A stretch of DNA of 43,548 nucleotides from a virus. Its lineage: Duplodnaviria; Caudoviricetes. The notes below the pieces were generated by a model that had not been told where the DNA came from, ran no database searches, and was given only the letters and a program-made list of their open reading frames with translations. This document shows positions 1 to 9,377 of the stretch, in pieces. The position numbers and the translations under genes are program-made. Each line of letters opens with the position of its first letter. Position 1 is the first letter of the stretch. The stretch spans positions 1-43,548 of IMG/VR virus record IMGVR_UViG_3300030095_000676, one strand, 5' to 3'.

Positions 1-614
1 CTTTCTCCTTTAGTCTTAAATGGATAAACACAATGAAATAATTCTGCAGGAAATATATAAAAATCTCCTACTTGTGGTTTAACCATAAAGTTTGTTTGAC
101 TATATCCTGAAGGTGTTCCATGAGCAAATTGTATATGTCCATTTGCAGGATGGTGGTCTTTATAATCTTCTTCCCACTCTTTCTCTATACCTTTAGGTAG
201 TTTCAAATAACCAACGCAAGACATTCTAGCACCTGTGTGAATATGTAATGGATTGTATTCATTCTCAAATTGTCTTACAAACCATCCTGAAGCTATTTGT
301 ATGCCATGATTATATTTATCAATATCTAGTTTACTTGTTCCGAAAGAATGTCTATACTCAACATAGTTATGGAATTTACCTATAAATTGTGCAAACTCAT
401 TATGCCATAACTTTTCTATTTCTTTAGTAAACTTTAATTCTTGTTTTACTTTACCTACAAGATTATTAGACCAATCTTCTAAGTTAGGGTCCATTAACTC
501 ATTCATCTTTCGTAAGAAAGCTGGAGTCATTTTTTTGTATCCCATTACAGGACCAAAGGGTGCTATGTATTCTTCGTCCTTTTTAGGAACGTATATTTTA
601 CTGTTATGTGCCAT
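1..614 (-). CDS. Putative 2OG-Fe(II) oxygenase family protein, 3' end truncated by the window edge (not in ORF track)
   Basis: My translation from ATG at 614 is open to the edge: MAHNSKIYVPKKDEEYIAPFGP...GWFVRQFENEYNPLHIHTG...KPQVGDFYIFPAELFHCVYPFKTKGE. The HxH, distal His and P..GD..IFP..L.H.V.P pattern fit phage double-stranded beta-helix oxygenases. Confidence 0.75.
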   Translation of the reverse strand, partial: MAHNSKIYVPKKDEEYIAPFGPVMGYKKMTPAFLRKMNELMDPNLEDWSNNLVGKVKQELKFTKEIEKLWHNEFAQFIGKFHNYVEYRHSFGTSKLDIDKYNHGIQIASGWFVRQFENEYNPLHIHTGARMSCVGYLKLPKGIEKEWEEDYKDHHPANGHIQFAHGTPSGYSQTNFMVKPQVGDFYIFPAELFHCVYPFKTKGE

Positions 615-623
615 TATATAATC

Positions 624-1475
624 CTATCTAGCTGAACCAGATATATCATATATAAATGAACCACTACGTATAGATTCCATTATAACTTCAGAATTTTTTT
701 CGTATTCTTGAGCAGACATTTTCTGAACGTCAGACTCTTTAATAACACCTTTGTTTTTGTCTTGTGGTCTGCTTCTCATATTCTTTGTAGAGACAGACTT
801 TGCTACATCATTTGATTTTTTAGATGTATCTTTTTTAATATTATTATCTATCTTATATAAATCTATAGCTCTTGCAGCAGACTTAGCATCACTGTCATTT
901 TCATATAATGCATCTTGAACCCACTTTGGTTGTTCTTCTGCCCACTCGTGAAACTCATTACTCTCTCTAATGTCTGCAAAATCAGGATGCATTTGTAAAA
1001 GTTCTGCTTCAGCTTTTTCTTTAGTTGCAGAAATTTTCATTTCATCAATTGCTTTTAGTTTCTTTTGTATATCAGCAGATTGTTCTTTTGCTTTCTTTAT
1101 TGCAATAGTTTCAACAATAGCAGCAACATCAGGATATTTAGAAACCCAAGCATCTAAGTCTTCTTCAGATGTAGGTAACTTCATTTCTTTTTTTGTTGCA
1201 TCAGATAGTTGACTTTCTAACGCAGTTATTTTTTCTCTAAGTTCTTCTGATTGTTTTTGTTGATGTCTTCTTAAATCAGAGTATCTCTTCTTAAAAGTTT
1301 TTTCTTCAGGACTAGATGGTTCTTCTTCGTTACTACTGCCTTCTTGTTGTTCCTTTAATAAACTTTCTAATTCTTCTTCTTCTTTTTTTCTTTTGTCTTC
1401 TTGCGAGTAAGGTTTACTTGCAAATGCAACTTTTTTAGGTGTTGCTTCCTTTGTCATAACTAATTCTTCAGCCAT
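624..1475 (-). CDS. Capsid scaffolding protein
   Basis: Acidic coiled coil with FKKRYSDLRRH and HPDF..I..S.EF.EW...QP.W motifs typical of podovirus scaffolds; downstream of the portal; strong AAGGAG RBS. Confidence 0.75.
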   Translation of the reverse strand: MAEELVMTKEATPKKVAFASKPYSQEDKRKKEEEELESLLKEQQEGSSNEEEPSSPEEKTFKKRYSDLRRHQQKQSEELREKITALESQLSDATKKEMKLPTSEEDLDAWVSKYPDVAAIVETIAIKKAKEQSADIQKKLKAIDEMKISATKEKAEAELLQMHPDFADIRESNEFHEWAEEQPKWVQDALYENDSDAKSAARAIDLYKIDNNIKKDTSKKSNDVAKSVSTKNMRSRPQDKNKGVIKESDVQKMSAQEYEKNSEVIMESIRSGSFIYDISGSAR

Positions 1476-1487
1476 GTTTTTTCTCCT

Positions 1488-1532
1488 TTGTTGGGGTCAG
1501 AGTAGCCATCACGGGGTATGAGTAGCCAACAA
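1488..1532 (-). promoter_or_regulatory. Stem-enclosed tandem 16-nt direct repeat adjacent to the scaffold RBS
   Basis: GGGGTCAGAGTAGCCA (1493-1508) and GGGGTATGAGTAGCCA (1513-1528), bracketed by the inverted pair TTGTTGG (1488-1494) / CCAACAA (1526-1532). Confidence 0.65.
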
Positions 1533-1541
1533 TTTAGGTAG

Positions 1542-1736
1542 TTATCGTGTACCTAAACCACGTCTTACAGTAGTCTGTACAGGTTTCTTTAGTTTTATTA
1601 AACCCATAATGTCAGGTCCTAGTATTTTAGATAGAACCCTACCTTCTGCTGTTCCTTGTAATCCTCTAACTATTTCTTTCTCGTCTTCTGAAAGAGATGC
1701 ATATCTCTCACCAAATATTTTAATTAGTTCTTCCAT
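1542..1736 (-). CDS. Hypothetical protein (64 aa)
   Basis: ORF overlapping the upstream stop in the late operon; ends in an RRGLGTR tail resembling the KGLMARR tail of 37629-38153. Confidence 0.65.
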   Translation of the reverse strand: MEELIKIFGERYASLSEDEKEIVRGLQGTAEGRVLSKILGPDIMGLIKLKKPVQTTVRRGLGTR

Positions 1737-4700
1737 TTAATTTTCCTACAATATAACATAATGGTTCTAGTATTGCTCTTTCAACTGCACCTAATAAATG
1801 TCTCTTGCCTTTTTTCTTTAGCCAAATATCAGCAGTTCTTCGTCTTGCAACACCTTCACCCCACCATCTTACTATTCTATTTGATAATTTATCATCTGCA
1901 TACATATAACGTACAACAGGTTTAAAAATAGTATGATACCCTATTTGATAGTGTTTGTCAAGTGTTTTACTTTGATTTAACCAAATTGTTTGTCTGAATG
2001 AACCAAAGCCGTACTGATTGTTCATAGCAGTACATACTATTTTATCGTCTCCACCACTATCTTCTTTTTCTTGTTTTTCTTCTTTAACTACTTGTTGTAC
2101 AGCTTCTTTAACAGTCTTACCACCTTCTTTTGCTTTTACTGTACCACCAGGTTCTCTTGTTCTAATTACAGAACCTGCTTCAGCACCTGATACACCAGAT
2201 GTAATATTCTCAATTCTTTCTGCACCTCTTTGTGCTTTTTCAGATGCTTCTCTTTCTTGTCTATCTTTTTCTGCTTGAGCTTCTATAGCTTGTCTTTCAG
2301 CTGCTGCCTTATCAGCCGCTGCTTTATCGGCTGCTGCTTTTGCTTCTGCTTGAGCTAGTATAGCTTTTGCTTCAGCTTCTTTTCTAGCAGCTTCAACTTG
2401 TATTAATCTTTGTCTTTCTTCTTCTTCAGCTTGTTGAGCCATATCTGCACTTCTTGAATCATCTAACATTTGTTGTGTTTGTTTTACAGAAGGTCTCTGT
2501 ATCTCTGTAAATTCTTCCATACCTGGGTCATCAACTTTATCTTGTTTCTCATCAGGCTCAAAAAAGAAACCACCTCTTGTCGTATTAAAAGCACCATCAA
2601 AAGTTGTTGAGTAATCAGGTTGTGTTCTTACAAAACGTGGTTTTGTTGCTAACTCTCCAGGTTTTGGAAGCCCAGCGTTAGTTAATTCAATATCAGGATT
2701 TTTAATTCTTTCTGTTACTTGAGTATCTAACAAACCAAATTTCATTTTATTTGCTGGTGATAAAGCACTCCCTTTTCTATTTCTGTTTTCGTCTAAAAAG
2801 AAAAATTCATTTGTATTAGGGTCTCTTTCAATTTCAACATCTCCTGTAGATGGAGTATATGCTGTTGAAATAAATCTACCTTTAGGTTTAGAAGTAGGTA
2901 CTTCAATTTTAGGTGCTAATGGAGGTAAGACTGATTCTTCAACTTCTCCTACTTTTGGAACAGGACCTGTAAGACCATCACCTAAACCAAAAGTCTCATC
3001 AGTTTCCATTGAAAGGTTTGGGTCTACTCTTGGGTCTATACCAGGAGTTGTAAGTATTTCTGCTTCTCCTGCAATTTTACTAGCTGTTCTTTGTGCATCA
3101 GATGGTTTAGAAGGTGGAGGAGATACATCAGATTTAAGTCTGTTAAATGCTTTTAACATATCCTCTTCATTAAATAAAAACTGTGGCATAGGAATACCTG
3201 TCTCACCAAATGTAGCCTTATCTCTATTAGCTAATAGTGATTCAAAAGTTCCGTCAAATCCATCTGGAGCATTTTGCATTATAGATTGAACATACCCTTC
3301 ATAACTTCTATCTCTCATCTCTTCTTCTTCTTGTTTTACTTGTATAGCACGTTCTCTATCTTCATCAGGTTGTGTTGTTGGAGCAATTAATCCTGTTTGA
3401 ACGGTAGTATCTTCTGCAACAGGTGCTACGTAATCACCTACTAACTCATATCCGTCAGGTATAGGATATAAAGGTACAAACTTTCCATTTACCATACTTC
3501 CGGGAATATTAAGTGTTGCACCATCAGGTCCTCTATATGTTCTAACTTTTGCAAAAGATGTTTTACCTTGTTGCTCTCCTACTAATGCACCAGCTCCCGG
3601 TTGAACACCTGCTGTTTGTTGTCCTTGAAATTCAGGTAGATTATATACATCTCCACCTTGTTGCATTTTTCTCATCATTGGTTCTTCCTCCTCCAATTCT
3701 AAATCATCAATAGTAAAAGGAATATCATCAGGAAGAGTAGCATCTTCCGAGTTTCCCATTTGACCCATATCTTCCATTCTTTGTAAACCTGCTTTTGCTT
3801 CTTGACGTAAAGACATAAGTTTCTCCAAACCAATAAAACGAACAACGTCAGCAGGAAACACAAATTCGCCTTCACTCAACATAGCTGGAATGTCATCACG
3901 AACCTCCTTTCGTAATGAACCTGAAGGTACTTCATTCCCTGATTCTTGGTCTACTGAACCACCTTCATCAAGTAAACCTCCTTCATCAAACATATTCATT
4001 TGTTTCTCTTGTGTCATGCCACCCTCGTTAAATCCTGGTAATGCTCCCTCTTTTATTTTAATTTTTTCTCCTGTTTTAATTAAATTAGGATTATCTTTAT
4101 ACTGAGGATTAAGAGTTAATAACTCATCCACAGATATGCCTTGTTCTTTTGCTATTCTATTTAATGTATCTCCTTGCATAATTTTTTGTTTTGTTCCAAA
4201 CAAATAATCAGTAGCTGTTTTTACTATACCTTTTTGTTCTTGTGGTTCTACGTCAATTACTTTTAATTTATCTTCTTTTTTTGTAAATACATCACCTTTA
4301 GCTTTTTTTAATTCAATACCTTTTCCTTCTTCTGTAACTACATCTTGTGGTGGGTTTAAAAATGTTAACATTCTTTTTTGTTCTACAGCGTTAAGAACTT
4401 TTGGCTTTATATATTCTTTTCTAAAAATTAAAGCACTTTCTTCAGGAGATGTTGCTTCATTTATTTTTTTATTAAGGTCTTGTGCATTACCTAAACCAAA
4501 GTAAGAACCACTATTATATTTAGAAGGTAACTTACCTGTACTGTCTAACAAAGCAAATTGAACTTGTCCTCTTATATCTATAGGACTAATATCATTTGAC
4601 TTTGCCCACTTAGAAAAACCATTTTTTGTTGCAGCATCAAATTGAAATAATCCAAATCCTTTACCTCCTTTAGAAGAATCTAAATATTCGCTAAGTTGTT

Positions 4701-4896
4701 GAGATTGTTGCAAAGCAATTGCTTTTTTTGATGCTACATTTGGATTTAATTTTTGTCTAGCATTTGGATTAAAATTTGATTCTGCACCTGCACTAGCTAA
4801 TAAAGCAGGAACATAGTTTTCACTTAGTCCTAAATTTGCAACTTCATCTTCAATAATTTTTTTTATTAATGAATAGTCTTCAGTTATGTATGCCAT
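1720..4896 (-). CDS. Large virion-associated protein: N-terminal lysozyme-like domain, LysM, low-complexity/coiled-coil body and a C-terminal IVCTAM...GYH domain
   Basis: AESNFNPNA...GFGLFQF...QVQF (phage tail lysozyme-like); QGDTLNRIAKEQGISVDELLTLNP...NPNLIKTGEKIKI (LysM); DDIPAMLSEGEFVFPADVVR block; lies between portal and scaffold. Confidence 0.75.
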   Translation of the reverse strand: MAYITEDYSLIKKIIEDEVANLGLSENYVPALLASAGAESNFNPNARQKLNPNVASKKAIALQQSQQLSEYLDSSKGGKGFGLFQFDAATKNGFSKWAKSNDISPIDIRGQVQFALLDSTGKLPSKYNSGSYFGLGNAQDLNKKINEATSPEESALIFRKEYIKPKVLNAVEQKRMLTFLNPPQDVVTEEGKGIELKKAKGDVFTKKEDKLKVIDVEPQEQKGIVKTATDYLFGTKQKIMQGDTLNRIAKEQGISVDELLTLNPQYKDNPNLIKTGEKIKIKEGALPGFNEGGMTQEKQMNMFDEGGLLDEGGSVDQESGNEVPSGSLRKEVRDDIPAMLSEGEFVFPADVVRFIGLEKLMSLRQEAKAGLQRMEDMGQMGNSEDATLPDDIPFTIDDLELEEEEPMMRKMQQGGDVYNLPEFQGQQTAGVQPGAGALVGEQQGKTSFAKVRTYRGPDGATLNIPGSMVNGKFVPLYPIPDGYELVGDYVAPVAEDTTVQTGLIAPTTQPDEDRERAIQVKQEEEEMRDRSYEGYVQSIMQNAPDGFDGTFESLLANRDKATFGETGIPMPQFLFNEEDMLKAFNRLKSDVSPPPSKPSDAQRTASKIAGEAEILTTPGIDPRVDPNLSMETDETFGLGDGLTGPVPKVGEVEESVLPPLAPKIEVPTSKPKGRFISTAYTPSTGDVEIERDPNTNEFFFLDENRNRKGSALSPANKMKFGLLDTQVTERIKNPDIELTNAGLPKPGELATKPRFVRTQPDYSTTFDGAFNTTRGGFFFEPDEKQDKVDDPGMEEFTEIQRPSVKQTQQMLDDSRSADMAQQAEEEERQRLIQVEAARKEAEAKAILAQAEAKAAADKAAADKAAAERQAIEAQAEKDRQEREASEKAQRGAERIENITSGVSGAEAGSVIRTREPGGTVKAKEGGKTVKEAVQQVVKEEKQEKEDSGGDDKIVCTAMNNQYGFGSFRQTIWLNQSKTLDKHYQIGYHTIFKPVVRYMYADDKLSNRIVRWWGEGVARRRTADIWLKKKGKRHLLGAVERAILEPLCYIVGKLNGRTN
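2298..2342 (-). repeat. Coding tandem repeat (KAAAD)n
   Basis: Degenerate 15-nt repeats encoding KAAADKAAADKAAAE in an Ala/Glu-rich helix. Confidence 0.6.
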
Positions 4897-5110
4897 TTGA
4901 TTTATTTACCTCTTCTCGTAAGTTCCTTAACCTTCTTAATATAGATATAGCACCTTGTGAACGATACATTAACACTTGATTATCTGATTGCTCTAAAGCT
5001 CTTTGCTGTGTTTCAACTAAAAAATCTATGTAGTTACTGAGGTGTTCCCAAGTCTTGGGGTTGTTGACCACCCCCTTCAACTTGTTGTGGAGTTCCTTGT
5101 GGTTGTGCAT
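4880..5110 (-). CDS. Small conserved post-portal protein
   Basis: MYRSQGAISILRRLRNLRE motif typical of the small gene after podovirus portals; overlaps the portal 3' end, so the true start may be downstream. Confidence 0.65.
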   Translation of the reverse strand: MHNHKELHNKLKGVVNNPKTWEHLSNYIDFLVETQQRALEQSDNQVLMYRSQGAISILRRLRNLREEVNKSNGIHN

Positions 5111-7181
5111 TTCCTGTAAATCCTTGTTCTCCTGGTACAGATACTTGTCCTGTTCCTATTGTGCCACCTCCAGCACCTGTTGGGTCATTAGGGTCTGCTC
5201 CTGCAACAGGTTGTTGAGGAGTGCCTTGTTGTTCTCTAGCTGCTTTCATTATCTCTGCTTGTATAGCAGCTTCTTGAATACTGTTTGTTACTTTATCAAC
5301 ATCTAAGTCAAGTGTCTTAGCTATCTCTCTAATAATATAATCCATCTTAGCAAAAGGTGCAAGAGCTGGATTACTTGCTGTTCCTAAGAATTGCATTAGT
5401 CTTTGACTTCTAACTTCATTAGCCATAAGACTTTCTGTTCCTCTTGCTTTAACTTCTAAATCACCTCTTATTTCAGGGTCAAAATCAAACTGCATATTAA
5501 ATCTAAATAACCCTTCACCTAAAGGTTTTAATAAATAGTCATCTACATTTTTTATAACATTTTTAATACCACCACTAGCAGCGTTCATTAACATTGATAT
5601 ACCACTAGCAGTTCTACCTACACCAGATACACCTGTCTGTCCGTGTGCAAAAGATGGAAATCCAGTTGATTCATCTGATAGTTGTCTTGCTTTATCAAAT
5701 AACATCATATTTTCTGAGGATACATTAGGAAACTTAGTACCAAAAATAGCTTGACCAGGGGCGCCGCTTTGTCTTCTAAATATCTTTCCCGGATATATAG
5801 ATAGGTCTTGTCCCGGAACTAGGTTAGTTTCATCTACTTCAATTAATAAGTTTCCTGATAGTACAGCATTATCTACTGCCATTCTCATAAAACCATTCAT
5901 TAATGTTTGTGTATCATCCATATTCTCTGCAATACCAATACCAAAGAATGAATATGGATTAAGTTCATATGGTGCAGCAACATAAGGAATAGTTGCAGGT
6001 TTAAATGGATTAAGAACCATTCTAATTAGTTTATTATTACATATCCATATGTTTGCTTGTACTTCATCAAATTCTTCTAGCTCTTCAGGTATCTCTATAT
6101 CTTGGTCTTGTAACATTTCAATGTCACACATACCCCAATATTCTAATACTTCAAAACGGTCTACATCATGTTCAGGTGCATAGTCAATTAAATCATCTTC
6201 CCAATATTTTTTAACATAGTTTTCACCTTCAGATATAACTTCTTCAATAACTGTTTCTCTAAAAAAAGGTCTTCTCTTTAATCCACGCAATTGACTTCTA
6301 GACATTTTATGTCTTTCAATTGTATACTGTGCTTCATCCATATTATTTGCATCAGGGTCAGGATAAAAGTTCCAAACAGATACATGACTTACTTGAGGTA
6401 TAGTTTTAAATATAGGATTATATTCTCCTTCACTATCCCAATTAGGATATTCTTTATCTAAAGCAAACGGACCTTTCATTACACCTGTACCAAATAAAGC
6501 CATTTCAAATGCTGTACTACGTAAATGTTTAGTAGCACTTGACTCTTCTAGTTGGTCATGGACTTTCTTTTCCATATTCTTAGCAGCAATCATTGCTGGA
6601 CTAAATGTAATAGATGTTGGTGTTTTACCAACACCTGTTTTTAATTTGTCTTTTATAGGTTCTAAATCATCTGCTAAAGGACCTAGTTTATCTAATAGAC
6701 TTCTCTCTGTAGAACCTGGTGGTAAGTCTTGACCATCTCCTTCAAACCCATATGGGCTTTCACCTTCTCTTGCATCTGTTACTTCTTGTGGTTCTTTAGG
6801 GTCAAAGTTTACATCTCCCTCTACACCCTCTGGTAATTTTGTTGGTTCAATAGTTAATGGAAATTTATTATTAGCTAGTAACACATCTACTATTTGACCA
6901 TAGGCTGCTAGTGTTTTTGTTTTAGTTACCTTTACAAATATTCTAGATTTCTCAGCTTCTGTAAATTGAACATCAGGACCATACAATCCTCTATAGTTTC
7001 TATATGAACTTAGCCATCTTTGCTCATCTTGATATCTAAAATCATAAGCTCTTTTAAATCTATCATAAACAAATTTAACAGCATTTGATACAGGTATATC
7101 CGTCTTAGCTGAATCTTCACTATCTTCTAATGAAATAGCTTCTGCATCCATTATTACATCTTCATTTAATTCTTCTGCCAT
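5034..7181 (-). CDS. Portal (head-tail connector) protein
   Basis: About 715 aa directly after TerL; YRNYRGLY, GTGVMKGP, NFYPDP, PYSFFGIG and RTASGISMLM motifs. Likely start MAEE at 7181 (track starts at 7193). Confidence 0.88.
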   Translation of the reverse strand: MAEELNEDVIMDAEAISLEDSEDSAKTDIPVSNAVKFVYDRFKRAYDFRYQDEQRWLSSYRNYRGLYGPDVQFTEAEKSRIFVKVTKTKTLAAYGQIVDVLLANNKFPLTIEPTKLPEGVEGDVNFDPKEPQEVTDAREGESPYGFEGDGQDLPPGSTERSLLDKLGPLADDLEPIKDKLKTGVGKTPTSITFSPAMIAAKNMEKKVHDQLEESSATKHLRSTAFEMALFGTGVMKGPFALDKEYPNWDSEGEYNPIFKTIPQVSHVSVWNFYPDPDANNMDEAQYTIERHKMSRSQLRGLKRRPFFRETVIEEVISEGENYVKKYWEDDLIDYAPEHDVDRFEVLEYWGMCDIEMLQDQDIEIPEELEEFDEVQANIWICNNKLIRMVLNPFKPATIPYVAAPYELNPYSFFGIGIAENMDDTQTLMNGFMRMAVDNAVLSGNLLIEVDETNLVPGQDLSIYPGKIFRRQSGAPGQAIFGTKFPNVSSENMMLFDKARQLSDESTGFPSFAHGQTGVSGVGRTASGISMLMNAASGGIKNVIKNVDDYLLKPLGEGLFRFNMQFDFDPEIRGDLEVKARGTESLMANEVRSQRLMQFLGTASNPALAPFAKMDYIIREIAKTLDLDVDKVTNSIQEAAIQAEIMKAAREQQGTPQQPVAGADPNDPTGAGGGTIGTGQVSVPGEQGFTGNAQPQGTPQQVEGGGQQPQDLGTPQ

Positions 7182-7182
7182 A

Positions 7183-8733
7183 TTAATATCCAAACTTTTG
7201 GTCTGCTACGCTCATACCCATTGATGGTTTACTCATTGGGTCATAATCAAATATACTAAACTTTGGTCTACTTTGAAGTCCATATCTTAGAGCATCATAT
7301 AAATGGTCTTCAGCATTTGTATCAACATCTTCAGGATTTTTCTTATCTAATGGTAGTGAAGGTAATTGAGTTATTAAGTTAATACAACTATTAAATATTA
7401 CTAGCCTAGGTTCTTCTGTAAATTCGTCTATCTGTAATCGTCTATGTATTTCGTTTTTTCCTGCTACTCTACTTCCTCTACTTCTATCAGATGGTCTCCA
7501 TCGACATCCTCTTGTAATCATTTGTTCTGCAAGTGAAGGACCTAAGTCTCCTCGTTTATGCCATAAAGAGCTATCTAAAACTCCATACTTTATATTACCA
7601 TCTCCTGCTTCTAACTCTAGTATTTGGTCTGCCAAGTCCGTTGCCAAAACTTTCGATACGTATAGTTCACGATAAACGACCAACTGTTCAGAAGGAGAAA
7701 CTGCAATCCATAAAACACCACTATAAGAACCGTAACCATAATCACAAGCCCTAAACTTAACCCAATTACTAGGAATATGAAAGGGTTCAACAACGTGTAC
7801 ATCTCTATTAAACTCTGTAAAAGCTGCTCCTTCTTTTATATCCCAATCACCTTCAAGAAGTTGTCTTCTCTGCTGTTCGGGTAAAGATAGAAGCATTGCT
7901 TCGTAATCACCATTCTCTGCAAGATATGGATTATCAGATAATCTAGCTGGAATAAATCTTCTTTTAAATAACGGCTTTCCAGCTTTCTCATGTCCTGCAG
8001 GATATTTTAAAACTTCTGCTGTATCTATATCAGTTGCATCAAATGCTTTACCGAAAGCTGCAGGAGCTATAAACATTTTCTTAACCCAAGCGTGTCCTCT
8101 TCCTCCTGGGTTTGTTGTTGCCCTCATAAAGATGGGCAAATCAGAAGCAGTAGACCTTAGACGAGAACGCATATAATTCCATGCGTATGGTGTAGACCAT
8201 TGTGTTAACTCGTCAAACCCTATCCAACTAAATGCTAAACCCTGATAACGCAAGACATCTTCATCTCTATCTAGATAAGACATCCACAATCTTGCACCAG
8301 AGGGGGCTACCCATTGCATCTTTCTTTCTGACCATTTTATACCCTTCCATATTTTAGGATATAACTCTTGTGATTTAAATATTAATTCTCTTAATTCTTC
8401 TGTAGTACGTCTTAATAATAAACCACTAAACTCTGGATGACCCATATAACGTAGAGGGTCAACTAACATACTGTAAGTCTTACCACCTCCTGCTGAACCC
8501 CCATATAAAACTTCCCTTTCATTTGCTGCAAGAAACTCTGTCTGAGGACCATCATTAGGTTTAAATATTACATTCTTTTCTTCTTGTATTCTTTCTACTT
8601 CTTCACGTATTGGCTGTGACTGTTTTTGCACCAACTCTTTCGGACTCGATTTCTTCTGCTTTTTGTATCGCCTTTTTCGCATATTCTGCCCATCTGCGTA
8701 GGCTTGTAGCTTTGTCCTTACGTTGTTTTTCAT
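7183..8733 (-). CDS. terL: Terminase large subunit (start uncertain)
   Basis: Walker A YGGSAGGGKT, Walker B IGFDEL, motif III ATTNPGG, nuclease ACDYG and DHLYDALRY. Confidence 0.93.
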   Translation of the reverse strand: MKNNVRTKLQAYADGQNMRKRRYKKQKKSSPKELVQKQSQPIREEVERIQEEKNVIFKPNDGPQTEFLAANEREVLYGGSAGGGKTYSMLVDPLRYMGHPEFSGLLLRRTTEELRELIFKSQELYPKIWKGIKWSERKMQWVAPSGARLWMSYLDRDEDVLRYQGLAFSWIGFDELTQWSTPYAWNYMRSRLRSTASDLPIFMRATTNPGGRGHAWVKKMFIAPAAFGKAFDATDIDTAEVLKYPAGHEKAGKPLFKRRFIPARLSDNPYLAENGDYEAMLLSLPEQQRRQLLEGDWDIKEGAAFTEFNRDVHVVEPFHIPSNWVKFRACDYGYGSYSGVLWIAVSPSEQLVVYRELYVSKVLATDLADQILELEAGDGNIKYGVLDSSLWHKRGDLGPSLAEQMITRGCRWRPSDRSRGSRVAGKNEIHRRLQIDEFTEEPRLVIFNSCINLITQLPSLPLDKKNPEDVDTNAEDHLYDALRYGLQSRPKFSIFDYDPMSKPSMGMSVADQKFGY

Positions 8734-9016
8734 TCTTTAAGCGTTTCATTAATCCTATGTGTGAAATATATCTTTCAGAGTTTTTTGATAACCAATTTGC
8801 AACTTCTCTGTAAGAATATTGTTTTATATAATACCTTGCTTTTTCCAATAAGTCAAGTTCTTTTTTTATAGGAACTAATAAATTTGGGTCATCTTTATCT
8901 TGTTCATAACCAAAAGGTATTGTTCTAGCAATTCTTGGTATAGGCAACCACTCATCATTCTCTTTTAAATCAGTAGGTTGAGGTAGCTTCCAATTACCTG
9001 CTGTTCTAGTCATCAC
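8603..9016 (-). CDS. Putative DNA-binding protein (PFGY plus HTH-like)
   Basis: IPFGY...YSYREVANWL...ISHIGL resembles the DNA-binding part of serine recombinases; lies between TerS and TerL. Confidence 0.6.
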   Translation of the reverse strand: MMTRTAGNWKLPQPTDLKENDEWLPIPRIARTIPFGYEQDKDDPNLLVPIKKELDLLEKARYYIKQYSYREVANWLSKNSERYISHIGLMKRLKNEKQRKDKATSLRRWAEYAKKAIQKAEEIESERVGAKTVTANT

Positions 9017-9377
9017 TACTATTGTCTTTAGGTGGCATTAACATCACACCACCAGTAGCTTCTAGTTGCATCTTCTCAGTTTTAACTAAACCTATTCTAT
9101 CTAGTATTTCTTTTGATGCAGATAATCTATCTCGTATACCTAATTGAGTAGGGTCATCTATACTACTAACCATAGCAACAGCAGCTTTTGGTGCATTACC
9201 TGCCATATAAGTTTGTGTTGCTTCAAGTATTTCATCTTTTAATGCTGATATAATTTCATTATTATTACTATTAGGAGAATATCCTGCAATAATTTTAGCA
9301 TCTTTAATACTACCATTTGCATCTGCAAATAAAGCATCTAAGAATTTCTGTTGTCTTTCTGTTAATTTTCTAGTCAT
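9006..9377 (-). CDS. Putative terminase small subunit
   Basis: LTERQQKFL...AKIIAGYS N-terminus and RLSASKEILDRIG motif; upstream of TerL. Confidence 0.7.
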   Translation of the reverse strand: MTRKLTERQQKFLDALFADANGSIKDAKIIAGYSPNSNNNEIISALKDEILEATQTYMAGNAPKAAVAMVSSIDDPTQLGIRDRLSASKEILDRIGLVKTEKMQLEATGGVMLMPPKDNSSDD

